Assembly (NCBI GenBank): GCA_977017645.1
Contig: OZ360242.1
Span: forward strand, 28,520,001-28,584,000
DNA: 64,000 nt
Direction: 5' to 3'
Source of the DNA: Torpedo marmorata
Lineage: Eukaryota
Each line of letters starts with the position of its first letter. Within the stretch, counting starts at the first letter, position 1. Made by a program: the position numbers and the translations under genes. Shown piece after piece: positions 1-14,200 of the stretch. Below the pieces are notes generated by a model. That model made no database searches. It saw only the letters and a list, made by a program, of their open reading frames with translations, and was not told the DNA's origin.

Positions 1-20
1 GATTGGACCAATTAGACATA

Positions 21-742
21 CAGTAAAACCCCCGGTAACCAGAATTGAAACAATTGGCAGCATCAATCAACCAGCAAAAAAAAAAAAAAAAAAAAAATTT
101 GAGGAAAATGAATTAAAAAAAATAAATAATAAAATAATAGGTAAAAATATGCCAATTTAAAATTGTAAAAGTAAATGTTCTCTGAAGTAACACATAAACC
201 TTTAGTGAAGATGCGAGCAAATATTCAGCCAGTGGAGTGCCTTGGTCGTGCTTTGCTCGTAGCAGCTGTTTGAATAAAGTTGTGTGAAACAGCAATGGTG
301 TCACCCAGGATGAAGAGCTGGTTGATGCGGCTCGCCGTTGGGGTGACTCTCTTAAAGTGTCTCCTTATCCCTGCTTAGTAAGAGTTGCCCCAGTCAGAGG
401 CTTTATCTGTAAACTTGGGGAGGGGGGATTAATTATCTATAATGTTATTGTTCATCTTTCAGGCGGCTCCGTGGAGGGGGAGGGACCTGCAGATACAGTG
501 ATGGTTAAATGTTTTCAAAGGAAGTGACTGAAAATAAAGTAAAATGCTTTAAGGTTTATATATTCATGCAAGTTAAGCTTGTTCAGTGTAAGTACAGTAT
601 AGTATTTTTGTCTTTTTAACTGTTTATTCTTAATGCAGGTGTATTAGTTAGGCATTGTAAGAGTAAGTCTCAAGCAACCGGAAAATACACTTATCCGGCA
701 TCTACCAATCCCCATAGGTGCTGAATACCAGGGGTTTTACTG
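21..742. mobile_element. Non-autonomous Tc1/mariner (Tigger/pogo-like) DNA transposon, copy 1
   Basis: TIRs CAGTAAAACCCC...GGGGTTTTACTG with TA on both sides; highly similar to 14556-15299. Confidence 0.85.
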
Positions 743-1203
743 TAATTTGTTATTATTATTGGTCCACATGCATAAACCATATGGTTAAAGTGGGTTGCAT
801 GAAAAATGTTTGAATACAATTGATTTACAAGATTTCACAATAAAATGACCTTTTCTTCTCATTGTGATACATGCACCAGTATGTCAGAAATAAAAGCAAT
901 CATTTGATTGTGCAACTAAGACTCGATTACCAAATAAACATGGAGGAAAAAGATAGATTTGTCTTCTGTCCTTTAGCAATTTATTTTTGCACCTTGTATG
1001 GAGGAGACAAACATAAGTGTATGTTCCGGAGGTGTGTAAGAAAGTATGTGGTAGAAGTGGGGATCATCATCATTGGTGGGGATAATTACTGTTCCCTGCT
1101 CTCATAAGCACAAATTCTGAATGCTATGTTGCCAGTTCAGTGGCAACGTTAGAGTTAGTGAGGAACATGGCATGGGATGACAAACTGAAAGGATGAATGC
1201 ATC

Positions 1204-1870
1204 TGTAGTGTGGATTGTGGAGGGTCATGTAACCCCTCCGTCTGGAATCTGGTGGGAATGTGGATTGCGGAGGGGCTTGTAGCCTCTCCGTCTGGAACCT
1301 GCTGGGAATGTGGTTTGCGGAGGGGCATGTGACCTCTCTATCTGGAACCTGATCGGAAGTCACCTCACCTGCCAATCAAGGCACCTTGTCCACAGATCAG
1401 TACACACCTGGTCATTGGCCCCTTTAATTGGCTTATCGATACCTGGGCCGGACCCTCCAGCTGATGACACTATAAAGCCCACCGCACGTGAACCATCTTC
1501 CTCTTTCTCTTCTGGGACGAACCCGAACTCCACTCCAGGTTGGGAACCGTGGGCAACGCTGGAGGATCGTTGGTAAGGTGTGTGCAGACAAAGGGTTGGG
1601 AGCTGTAGTATTGTGTGCCTAGTGTCCCTAGTTTAGTTAGATAAGAGCCGTGCCTGCCAGGGATATCAAGGGGTGGCGGATATCATATATGATAACTTGA
1701 TGGTAAAGCCTTCTACTGCGAGTGGTTGTGAGTGTATCATTTAATCCAGCGAGTGTTTGTATGTGTGTGTCTTTTACCCCTGTTGCGACTCCCCTACACG
1801 TGTAAATAAAACACTACTGTTCAATCAACTGTGTTCAGACTTGTTACCCTTGGGACCGGTTTCACAAACA
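1204..1870 (+). mobile_element. Probable solo LTR with an internal ~50-bp tandem repeat (about 3 copies, ~1208-1352)
   Basis: TG...CA ends, TATAAA near 1471, AATAAA near 1805, near-TSD catc/tatc. Confidence 0.6.
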
Positions 1871-2077
1871 TATCAGCGTCTCAAATAGTAGAATGGAAAA
1901 AGGGATTTTCAATTCATGAAGCACTGGAGAAAGAACCAATCCATTGACGATCTTCAGAATAGCGATGGCCTTAATGAATTATGGAGCAGGCTTGAGATCC
2001 AATGTGTTTTACATGGTTCCTATTTTTATGTATTTGTTCTTGTGTTTATGAGCATAGCACATTTTCTGAGTACTCAC

Positions 2078-2286
2078 ATGGCTTGGTTTGAGTCACAGGA
2101 TATGTTAGTAGGTATGAGGACAAGATTGCTCGATCCAATACTGGGCAGAAGAAGAAGTAATTTAGTCTGGAACCAGTCAGCATAGTCTGTGGCATTAAAT
2201 GCTGGAAACTGGGCTTCTAACTGTTGCATGATCCTATTCAGCATCACATTCCTTATAGCTGTGTTTTGAATAACTTGAATATCCAT
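2078..2286 (-). CDS. exon 32: [69 protein letters not shown](M/I)
   Basis: ttttatttcAG / GTGAGT, 209 nt, phase 0->2; no later exon found in 1-2077, so the gene probably continues past the window start. Confidence 0.88.
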
Positions 2287-5200
2287 CTGAAATAAAATAA
2301 AATTGCATGAATCATTTTGAAAATTGGCAGTATATTTTTAATTTAATAATAAATCAATTTCAAAGATTTTTATTCAGTTTTTCATCTGTTTAAAAATAAG
2401 GGGGTTTAAATGACTTTTGTCCTTGACTGAAATGACCAAACAATATTTTTGACTAAGAAACTGTATCTACCTCAAAATGCACATTACGTTGGTAACATGG
2501 GGACATTTTGAGGTGTATAAAATTATGAAGGGTAAGAATTTTATTTATTTTTTCAAATTTAGACATACAGCATAGTTAGTAACAGGCCCTTCCAGCCCAC
2601 ATGACCATGCAGCCCAAATACCCCAATTAACCTACAGTTCCCGTACATTTTGAAAGGTGGGAGGAAATCAGAGCAACCGGAGGAAACCCATGCAGACATG
2701 GGGAGAATGTACAAACTCTTTACAGATTCGAACCCGATTTGCTGGCACTGTAATAGCATTGTGCTAACCATTACGCTAACCGTGCTACCCCAATAGATAG
2801 ACAGGGTACATTGCGGGAAACTTTCTCCCTTTATCAGAGGTTAGGAAACATGAAGGGCATAGATTTAGGGTAAGAGATGATACCAGAGAGTGACAGGTAC
2901 CTGTAATTCACTGTTGGAGAAAGCAATGGAAGTAGAGTCACTGACAGCAATTAAGTAGTATTTAGAGGATAATTGCCAAGGCTTTGAAGGCTATGGGCCA
3001 AGTATGGGATGAGATCAATATGGATGTGTGTTCACTGTTCTGCTTTAACATGGTGGGCTGAATGACCTGTTTCCAAGCCAAGCGACTCTAATACATGGTG
3101 GCAAGGGCTAACATGTTCGATATGTATGGTAATGCTGCTACGTTCAATTGTCAATGAGCCCCAAAGTATCAAATTCAGTAGAATCAGCCATTCACATTTT
3201 GTGTGAACAAAGATCCTTCCTCTGCATCTCAGCCATTTAGGAAATCTGGTTGGTCATGGTCACAACTTGTGGTGAAGAGAGGCCCACAAAAAGGTCCATG
3301 ATCCCTGGAGGGTTATGGAATGGGTGCAGGTCAGTGGGACTAGCGGTATGATGTTTTCGACACAGACTAGAAGGGCTGAATGGCCTGTTTCTGTGCTGTA
3401 GTGTTCTATGGTTCTATCTATTACTTTGGTCAACAAAATGCTAAAGGTATTGGGGAGTTATGACAACCTCAACAGATTTATACTTGTCTGTGGGAAGGAA
3501 ACTTGCGTGTCTCTAATCCCATGTTAGCATTTAATGCTTAACAACCCTCTCAGAAGGCCAAGTATTTGAAAGGCTGTTATACAGGGCTGCAAGTGATGGA
3601 CATAAAATGCTGAAGCATAGTTGCAACGTTCACATTTCAAGAAAAGAATAATCAGTTCGCTGATTTACCTTTTGTGTGTTGATGACAAACTCGTTCATGT
3701 ATTCCTTCAATCCACTGAAGTTTCTGCCAGCAATTGCATCAAGGATTTCATTGATGTTATTAATGTTGTTCAAAGAGCTTACAGTTAGCTCAGATAGATG
3801 TTTTGGATTGAGTACGTCCAGAGCGTCAAACTATGGAAATATGAAGTTGATAAAGTAACATCATTGGTGAAATGAGAACGGGAGGGCAAGACCTCCAATC
3901 AGTATTTTATTTATTACATAGCTATGCTAACCCAACAAAAGGCATTGCTTCACCCAGAAACTATGCATGTTTAGTTTCATGAGTGTAATTATAATTATTT
4001 TGTATGATGTGGAAAGTGTTGCATAGTTCCATTGGGAACTGTCATTGATGGAAAAATGCAGACAAGCCGCTGCATTATGGTGGAGGGGCAGCGAGATTGT
4101 GCTCCTAGAAAACAGGCTGTGATTTCTGTGATGTGAATATGTGTCATCTGCACGTGCATCAAGAAACGAAAATTGAAGAAAAGTACATCGTGTGAGATTT
4201 ATTTAGTATTTATCCCTTCACAAATTTAACAAGAATGAATTTTATCTCAAATTTTTGTGTAATGATTTGCAAATTCTGTAAAGGCAAATTTCCGAAACTT
4301 GAATGTTTGAAATGTGGGAGTCACCTATACAACAATTGGAAGATATTTTATGACCGAGTACAAAAAGACCGAGGGATATCGATCACTCTACATCTCATGC
4401 AGTACATCTCTGCTCTGCCTTCCTCTAATTTGGAATTTTTGTCACATGATGATTTTAATATCACATCCTAAGAATTTGGATATATTACATGTCAAGCAAC
4501 TCTGTAACACAATTTTCATCAGTAAATTATAAATTGGATTGATAAAAGAGCCAAAAAGAGGGCTTAGATTTGTGACATTGTATTTTGTGAAGTACAATAA
4601 GCTTTAAATGACATTAGTTTCCCAAAAATAACTTACTCCATTGAAATTGGAATTTAGGCTGGCAAAGTCCTCTATGTTAACAAGATATCGGAACATTCCC
4701 CAATTTGTCAGCAGCCAGTCTCTTGATCCATTTGTGTTGCTGATACATCCTGCACCTGTAGTTAAAGAGCCACAAAGAAAGGGTTAGTTTTGTAACACTG
4801 TAAAGCACTTTGTGAAGTTAAAGAGTAAATGTCAGCTATTTAGATATGATATATTGCAGTGAATAATCAGGAACATTTGATATTTACACAATAAGAAACG
4901 TTCTTTTGAGCTCTCAGAGCAATGGAAGCTCAGTAATCTATCTTATTCAAAATTGGGATGGATAGATTTTTGGACATTATAGAAAGCAAGGTATAGGGAT
5001 ATTGCAGAAACAAGAGGAGCTGACAGTCTGTTCTTATTTCTTGTGTTCTTTATAACAGTTATGTTTGCGCTCCTGGTTCAATCAAAATGAGAATATCTTC
5101 TATCAACTGCAAACATGATTGAGCAGATCATAGGGCTAACCTTCTAAGAAATGTTGCTAGATAGTTTTCCATGAATTATCTCACAGGAAACATTATTGTA

Positions 5201-8200
5201 GATGCGACCTTTTTTCCATGGGAATAAATGGGGAGAATTGCCAGCCAATATGGTTGGAAGACGTACAATGCCATTGTAGATACAATGAAGCTGTGAACTA
5301 ACATTTTTGAAACTAGCCTGTTCTCGTGATTTCATTTAAATCCTCAAGGTTTTTACATGACAATTGCAGATATGGTTTTGACACTAACAAATTACATCAG
5401 TTTCTGAAATGAATGTCAAAATGCATTGTGCCAGGGCAGGAGAACTTGTTATCAATAGTCCTAATAAGCAAATATAGTTTTCTTTATAACTGAAGGAGCA
5501 AAGGAAAGTGGGGAAGATAAGCAGAGACAAAAACAACAAAGGATCCATGGAGGAATGATATTCTGAGATAAGTTAGTTGATGGAGCGAAACACGAAAGTC
5601 TGCAGACGCTGTAATTGTAGTCAAAACACAGAAATTCTGGAGGAACTCAGCCAGTCTCACAGCGTCCATAGGAAGTAAAGATATATTACCGACATTTCGG
5701 GCCTGAGCCCTTCCTCAAGATGTGAGTGAAAATAGGCAAGAGTCTGAATTAAAGGCTAGGGAAAGAAAGCGGGGAGAATGGGAGGGGGAGGAGTACAGAC
5801 CAACAGACAAAAAGTTTTAATTGGATATGATAAGAGAAAAGGTGAGAATTGATTTTGGCTTTGTGGTGAAAAGAGACTGAGGGAAAATGGAAGAGAGAGA
5901 GGGAGACAGAGCTAGAGGAAAGGAGACGGGGGAAGAAGATGGGGGGGGGGGTGGTTAGTTGAAGCCAAGCTTAGGTTTAAAATGGCTGAAATAATTGGAA
6001 GGAATGAGGAGGTGTCAGTAGGATGAGCATTAGTTTCTTAAAAATAAGTTTGCTGGAAGAAAAGAAAACTTTGCAAGATATTATTATTGACTGCTGAAAA
6101 TATAAGAGTTAAATTCAGGAATTAAGTCTAATCAGGTGAAGAAAAAATTTACAAAGGAAGATCAGAGGTCAAAGATGAGCAAGAACCCACTGATAAAGTT
6201 TCAAACTTTTTATTGTTATCCTAGCCATTAATGTGATAGCAATTTGGAAGGGCCTCATCAAATATGGAAACAAGTATTTAGATTTAGAGTACCGCAGTTT
6301 TGGTTCACATCGAAAGCTATGTTAAAAAGAAATAGAGTAATATTAAAGAAGAAGCCAAATCCCTGAATCCATGGGGAATACCTTGGATTTCATGCTGTAA
6401 CTTCAGTGGCAGACTATTAGAATCATCAGTGAAACATCAAACATTGATTTACACTGGACCCCTATATTCCTGTCAAAGTTTCCCAGTTCTCTGACCAAAG
6501 TTATGCTCTGCACCTTCAGGACCTGAGCTTTGTGAAATTAACTTCAGCAATGGAGGAGTGTGATGCGATAGTGAGGTCTTATAAATAAAGAAGGTGCAAG
6601 TATTTAAGTGATTAGATTCAAAAGATACAAACAAATTCTGGAATAGAAATTTGTTCATGCCTACACTCATTAAACATGTGATTATGGTTTAACATGTGTA
6701 CAATGCACTATCTCCAGAACTTTTTACATTGAAGTGGGTAGATTAATTTCTACTCCTGCATCTTTGAAAAATTGGAAGGAAACTTAATCCGCTTCTAAAA
6801 TAAGATTAAAAGATATAAAACTATGTCTTAAAAACAAACAATTACCATTAAACTTTTCTGCAATATTACAACAACTAGATTTAAATCTCTCTGGCTTTTA
6901 ATTGCTTTTCTCCCTTACCTGTGGTGTTGAGGTAGCCAAGGACCCATACTTTTAATACTGTCTTTCTTGTTGCCTGTAGCATCTCTCCAAATACGTTATT
7001 GAGTCCTTTTAAGCTAATATAGAAACACATTTATTATTTATTAGATGGTTAGAACTATAATATCCATTCATTTAACGACAATAATTTTGGGATACTTCTT
7101 TAATTATGTTTTATAATCAGATGTGGTCTTTGTATATCCATATCAGAAGCCTGAATAAAGCATCCAATGCAATGAAACCTTTCAGCAATGAGCAAAATTC
7201 ATCCTATATGTCCCACTGCAAATCCAGTGTGACATTTAAGGCAAATTTAGGACTAGTGTCAGGCATTGTTGGCCCTGCTGCCTTGGGCAGATCAATGGTG
7301 TCACTGGGCCCTAAGCAGGCATTAGGCCTCATCTGCATCTAAAAATAGCAAAACGCCTGCTTCAGGCCGAGAGAGAGCAAACTTCACTTGTCCCAATACG
7401 TTGGGCCCTTAAGCAGCATCTTAAAAATGGGTTCAATGCATTTCAATTCTCAAATTTATAGGAACCAGTTTTAAACAGTCAGGCATCAATTCCTCTTCTA
7501 AAAATATGAAGCTAAAAGGAAGAATGTGATGAGGGAGTGTACCTCATTCTCCTCCACTGAGACCCAAGGCCTTTCTGATGAAAATGCTACAACAAGGCTG
7601 TGGTAAACCACTGTAAATACCTGTATATATGTTTATGGTCGTCTGGACACGCCCCTTACTGGCTGTACCTGTGGCTCCTCCCACAGACCCCTGAATAAAG
7701 GTTATTGTGCCACAGCTCCCTCCCCAGTTCAGCACAGACGACCACCAGGAATGTGCTTCCATTCCAATGTGAATAAAAGCCTATCAGTTCTTGCTTAACT
7801 TCTAGTCTTTCGGAGTTATTGATGGTGCATCAAAGGCTCTATTTATATTGTTAAAACATTTCTATAGATTGGTAATCTGCTCTACAAGTACACTCTACTG
7901 TACGCATACCTCTGCTAAAGGTCCAGACAGTTTCCAAAAGCAGGAGAGATGCATTAAAGAAGTAGTGCGTGTGGACAAACAAAGTGTAATTATTCAGGAT
8001 CTACTGCTCCTAAATTATACTTCACTTAAGACAGAATGGTAGGAGGCTTTGCATACTTAATGGAAGTAAATGCCTTCCCTCTTTATGATCTATTAATCTA
8101 GATAAAACAGATGTGTGTGTGTGACTGTGTGATTGTGTCTGTGACTGTGCATGTGTCTTGGAGATGCTTAAGGGAAATCCCCCACAAAAACTGTATTTCA

Positions 8201-11200
8201 CTAACAGTAAGCTTGTTTACCAGTCTACCTGAAGCTGGTTTCCAGGACTTCAACTTGCAGAATCAGGTCTATTTTTACTTCTATTGAAGCCCTCATGACA
8301 TATCCAATGAGGACCTACCTATAGTTCCTTACCTAGTATAAATCATTCACATAAAATGTCCAGACCAATTAAATTTCTGGCTTTTCAGTTGATCATGGAC
8401 AGCCAGCGCAATGATTTCAGCGATAAAAAGCATACTTTCAAACTTTTATACATTGTTATATCAGCTTATTGATTGTAAGCATCAAAGATCAACACACTAA
8501 GGATCACAGAGCCCGAGTTATCATCACCGTGAACAGGCTGCATCAGATAGTAAAAGTGAGTCACTCTCTTACACTGCTTGGTAACCCTCACAAGTTGTGT
8601 TTCGTATCAAGAGACAGTTCAGCACCGCTTGGGAGATGCCAGCATTGAATGGTCTGAAACGCTCCTGGAACCATTTTGTCAGGAAAGTCGGATTAATCAA
8701 GTTTTCATTGGTCTTCACAGTTTCCCACAGAGCATTCATAAATGTAATTTTTGACATCAATGGAATTGATGCTGTGTTCTGAGTCTGAAACAAACCATAG
8801 CACATGCTTAAAGACTGTTCAAGATCTTTCACTGCAAATGTAAGAAACGGTCCCATTTCAGAAGCAAAATCATTTTTATTTTTACGAGGTAAAAGTCAGG
8901 CAAATGTTAACAACAAAATTTGTCCTAATCTAAATTTCTTTTTCTCCAGAACAAGCTTAAAACCTGTAAAATGACAGTATTTTTAAAGGATCATTAGTTC
9001 AAAAGCAGTTAATCTTCAGGAGAGAACACTGAAATTTGACAAAAGCCAAAGTGTAGTTTTACTGATCTTCCTTAAAGCACTGGATTGTATACTCCTGACG
9101 GATTAGCTAACGGAAACATTAACTTTCTTTTCTTTTTTTACTCTCGAAGAAATATGAGGATTTGAAGAGAAATCTAACTTTATTATCTTTGATAGTCATT
9201 TATAGTTTATTGTCAGAACATTTGAAAAATCTTTTGCTGCTTAGGGACCAGTCTGCAAATGTCTAAATGTTTATATTGTTCATGCAAACATTTGTTTCAG
9301 TTGTTCAATGTTGGCTAACAAAAAGAACATCATCTTTCTATACACAGCCCTTAAATATCTAAAGTGCAAGACACATCTGATGCTCAGGTATTTTATGCCT
9401 GCAACCATATTAGTTAAATTTCTGTCAGGTGCTTACGCTAGCAAAGTATCTTATTTTCTGAATAATTATTTTTCAATAAATCTAATAATTCCAATATCAC
9501 CATGGTAAGTTATTCATACAAGCCATTTCACTCTCCAAATAGAAGCACTACATTTTACAAGTGGCAGATCTGGAATTTTATTTGCTTTTTTCAGTCATGC
9601 ATTAAGAATAATTAGTGTTGTCAATGTTACTTAGCATTCCTTCCCTAATCTAAAATACCACAAAACCTAGGTAACTCATTTTCCATATAATTGTTCTTTA
9701 CAGGATTTTCTGTGCAAAATGGTAACCATCTTTGATTACGGTAGCTGCACAAAGTAATTCTGCATCCTTTATGCAAAGTATAAATCAAGATATTTTAATC
9801 TTTACAAGTTAATTTTTACCTTGTTATTAAATTTATCCAGTGCCTCATTAAGGACTGTTTTGTCAAGCTTCTGAAGAAATATGCCCAGTGCAGTTTCATC
9901 TTGCCTCTGTAGAGCTCTCGTTGAAGTATAGCAATTAAATAAAGTCATCAGATAGTCACTGGTTAGATTTTCCAACAGATGATTATTCTACAAAGGAAAG
10001 CATTTGGAAATATGTGACAATAATACATTACAGTTTATTTGATCTAAAATACTACAAATAGTGGAACTTTCCTTTAATAAGTAAAATAATATTGAATCCA
10101 ATGTAAAAGAACATTTGATAATTTAATTGATAGGTATTCCAGTTGCCTAATTCCTCATGTTGAATAATTACAAAATAACATGGTAAAGTACCATAGCAAT
10201 TGAACTTTTAATTCCAATGTATCTCTCAGTATTGTATAAATTCTACAGCAAAGATCATTTTATTGTTTCTAGGTATTTGGTGCTCCCATTTTCAGTTCAT
10301 TTTCCATTTGTGTGGGACTGTCACTTTAAGAGAACAAATTTAACAAAACCCTGCAGGCTTTGGAGTTTGACTGTGAGCTGACAGACAGGTTGAGGACAGC
10401 GTGTTCCTAAATTGGATACATCTGAAGAGAAGTAGTGGCCCTGGAAAACCAAGGTGCAGAGACCATGTGACCAACAGATTCAAGACACAGTACACAGTTT
10501 GCTCAGGGGCCATTTTAAGGAAGCAGCACTTGAAGAAGCATCTTTTGAAGGGATGCTGTGCTGAAGGGCCTCGTGTGGTCATAGACAATTTGTCTATTTG
10601 AACTGCCTTTCGAGAATTGTGCCTGAGCTGTAGTGGCTTGGGTATTCCACACACACACACAAGTATATTCGCGCATAGTTGGGGGTTAAGTAGATAGTTT
10701 TAGATAAGTTTAGATAAGGTTAGATAAATTAGATAAAGTGTTATATTATTGGTAATTATGGGTATAATAAAAATATTATTTTAAATATAACACTGGGCTA
10801 ATTTCTATTGCTGCTGTCTGGTACAAAACACTAGGTCACAGTGAGTATGGTGTCTGGTGGGTAGATTCAATATTTATTACCACGATGACTGCCCTTGTTC
10901 GAGAGTGGAACCATAATTCACAGGGTAGAACTTTGTCCTCAGTTGCTTGTATTAAGCATGCAATGTAATTGCGATAGGACATTGTGCTGCGCTAACAAAT
11001 TCCACTTCATTAGTTTCGATGCACGTGAATTTCAGAAATGGTGTATAATAGTCATGATAAAATTTCCATTGAGATATCAACTGTCTCAACTTCACCACTC
11101 CCCTCTCTTATTCCAATCTCAGCTCCTCTAAATGCTTTGCCCTCCACTCTCTCTGCACAAATCCCAACCTCACTATCAAACCCATAGACAACGGTGGTGC

Positions 11201-14200
11201 TGTTGTGGTCAGGTGCACTTCCTTCTAACTTGCCGAGGCCGGACGACAGCTCTCAGACACCTCCTCTTACTTATTCCATGAAGAAGACCCCACTAAAAAC
11301 ATCAAGCCACCATCTCAAGTACTATCTCTAACCTCATCACTTCTGCTCATCTCCCTCCCACAGCCTCCAACCTCATTGTTTTCTATCCCCGCATTGCCCA
11401 GTTCTATCTCCTAACCAAGATACACAAACCCATTTATCCAGGCAGACCCATTGTTTCCGCATGCTCCTGCCCCACTGAACTTGTATCATCTTACTTCGAC
11501 TCCATTTTTTTCTCCCCTGGTCCAGTCCCTCTCTACCTAAATCCGCAATACCTCACATGCTCTCCATCTCTTCAATGACTTCCAATTCCCTGAATGTGAC
11601 AGACTCATTTTCACTATGGACCTCCAGTCTCTTTACACCTCCATCCCCCATACAGAAGGTCTCAAAACCCTTTGTTTCTTTCTTGACAAGAGACCAAACC
11701 AGAGATATCACATTTTCAGAGATAATGGGCTGGACTGTACCCATTCTGGTCACTGCCCAAGACTGTACCTACTCCCTTTGCTCCATTTACTTTATGTTCC
11801 CACATATCCAGTTGGCTTCAATTGTTTGCTACAATGTCTGTCCCACAAGGTGGAGCAGACTGTGAGCAGTGACTAGGCCTCAGGCAATGGCTTCGTCTCA
11901 GCAATATTAAAATTCTAAAATTCCTTTATTGTCATGTAATAATACAGAACATGTAATATTACACAAAATTGCCTTCTGCCTGCCGCAAGGCAAACAAAGA
12001 GTCGCCATTAGTGTTGCCCGGCGCCCCTTACAGTAAGAGAGAAAGAGAAGCAATAGAGTCCCTTCAGAGTCACTGAGTGTCTATGGATTCACCTCCAGCG
12101 CTTCCATAACCTCTGCAGTGACACAGACCCCTGATCGATTCATCGGCAACCCGAGCTCCAGATCCAAACCTCTGATACGATCAGGAAGTCTACAGCGCCC
12201 GAGGCCCTTCGGTAGCCCTTCCTGCCATCAGCACCCTCTTGTATCCCGATTCCGATACCTGGTTCCCATGAGCCAGTCTCCAGCAGTCCACAGCATGTGC
12301 GGGTCCCCCGAGTGCAAGTCGCCTGCAGCCCTCGTGGGTCCCTCAGCCACTGAGCCCCTCGCTGGTCCATTGCTGTGGTTACCTTCCCTGTTAGGTCGAC
12401 TCCTCTCTTCATTAATTCTCCGTGGCCACTGACGAGCACAGGCACCACCATCTTGGGCACAGACCACCGCGGTTGCAGGATTTTAAATAAAAACACCATC
12501 GGCTCCTTTAACAGACTGTTTAAAGCTTGTACGGAGCCGGTGTCATGAGGACCGGGCGGTTGAACCTCCTTGGAGCAGCGCTGTGTCTCCGCTCTCCTGC
12601 CAACAGCAGCGCTACCGTCACAGCAGCTCCGGCAGCGCCACCATTTTTTTTGAAGAGGATTTAAATAATTATAAAAATAATTGTCAAAAAATTTAAATAA
12701 AAACATAAAGAGAATGATTACTCTGTACCTATCCTTTCACTCAAGGCTTGCAGACCCATTCAAGCGCATAAGGTTATGTGAACTACACCCATCATCCCTG
12801 GCATAAAGCTACGTCCAGTGACAGGATGGTATATGTAACCTACAACTCATTCCTGACATCCACATTGCAATGTTATGAAAGGCAGAAGCAAGCTGGTCAC
12901 GTACTGCAGCTACCTGGAATTCTTTATGGAACAACCTATTGAGGAGCACCATGACGCAGCCAATTAGAAATGTGTAATTTCTCTATAATATCTGGTTTCA
13001 AATGCTCAGGCATTTGTATTGCTTATTCCTTAATTCTACAAGATGTAGGGATACAAACTGTTGCAAAAATGACTGATTCGACCGACCCCCAGTGAAGTCT
13101 GAGGACAGTTTGATTTTCTGAAATGTCATTATATTTCAGTGTAATAAAGATATTATTTTTCTAACATCATTCTTGGCGAGGAACAATAGCAGCCTAACTG
13201 ATGCTTTCACAACATTGCTTCTCATATAAAATTCTGGATAATGACAGAACTTACCTGAGTGCACGCGTAGTCTGTAATGTTGAAATCGCAGAGGTGGGAC
13301 CCATTAACAGACATCAAGAAATCATTCACAGCAGAACTGTCATAGATAGGATAAGAAGTGGGAATGAGGATGGGAAATTAATACTCCAGGAAAGAAGTTA
13401 ATATTGGGATTTAATACAAATCAACACAATCTTAGCTTTATTTGTTTGTCTTTAATCACCATGTTGCAAGACTTTACTGAGGTATGATTGAAGGAAACGT
13501 GCTTGGGCTGAGGTAGAAAAGTCATGTAAATCAGGAAGGACCCAAGTCGGAATCTGCCGATATCAAACCAATTCAGGTTGTTGATGCACGATGCACCACA
13601 ACTCAGCAAGGAAAAAATAATACCCCTGACTACTGACTAAACTACCGTATATTTCGTCGTATAAGTCGAATCTTGAAACCCTCAAAAAGCACTCAAAATT
13701 CAGGGGTCGACTTGTATGCCAGATACAAAAATGAGACCTTAAATTCAACTCAAAAAACCGCTCGACATAGATTCGGAGTATAAGACGACCCGAAACACCA
13801 AAAAAGAACCCAACCTTCATACTTTCATCGTTATGCTGGAGGCTCCATGATAACAACCACCTTCCAGCAACGCCCAACAGCTCAGTCAATGCGATTTTTG
13901 GGGGGTCGACTTATATGCCCGATATATGATAAAACCATGAAAATGAGGCTGAAAATGGGGACCCGACTTATCTGAAGGTCGACTTATACGCCAAAATATA
14001 CGGTATATTGGTTTCATCCACAAGTAGGCATGGGATTCTACAAATTATCAAGGTCAGGATAAGACACAGCTGCAATTCCCCACCCAGATGAATGTCCTCT
14101 TGACTTTCTATACCTCTACCACAATCTGCTCCCTTTTGGTTAAGATATTGAAAAGCACAAAGACAAGTTGGAATATGAAAAAAAATAAAATCAGGGAAGC

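Noticed and set aside
743-2077. Expected next exon (phase 2->1, ~90 nt) after exon 32
   Set aside because: No segment with convincing splice sites and module similarity was found; it is probably outside the window.
12118-12706. Overlapping ORFs up to 188 aa in a GC-rich stretch
   Set aside because: They lie within a repeated SINE-like element, and GC-rich DNA has few stop codons; no homology recognised.
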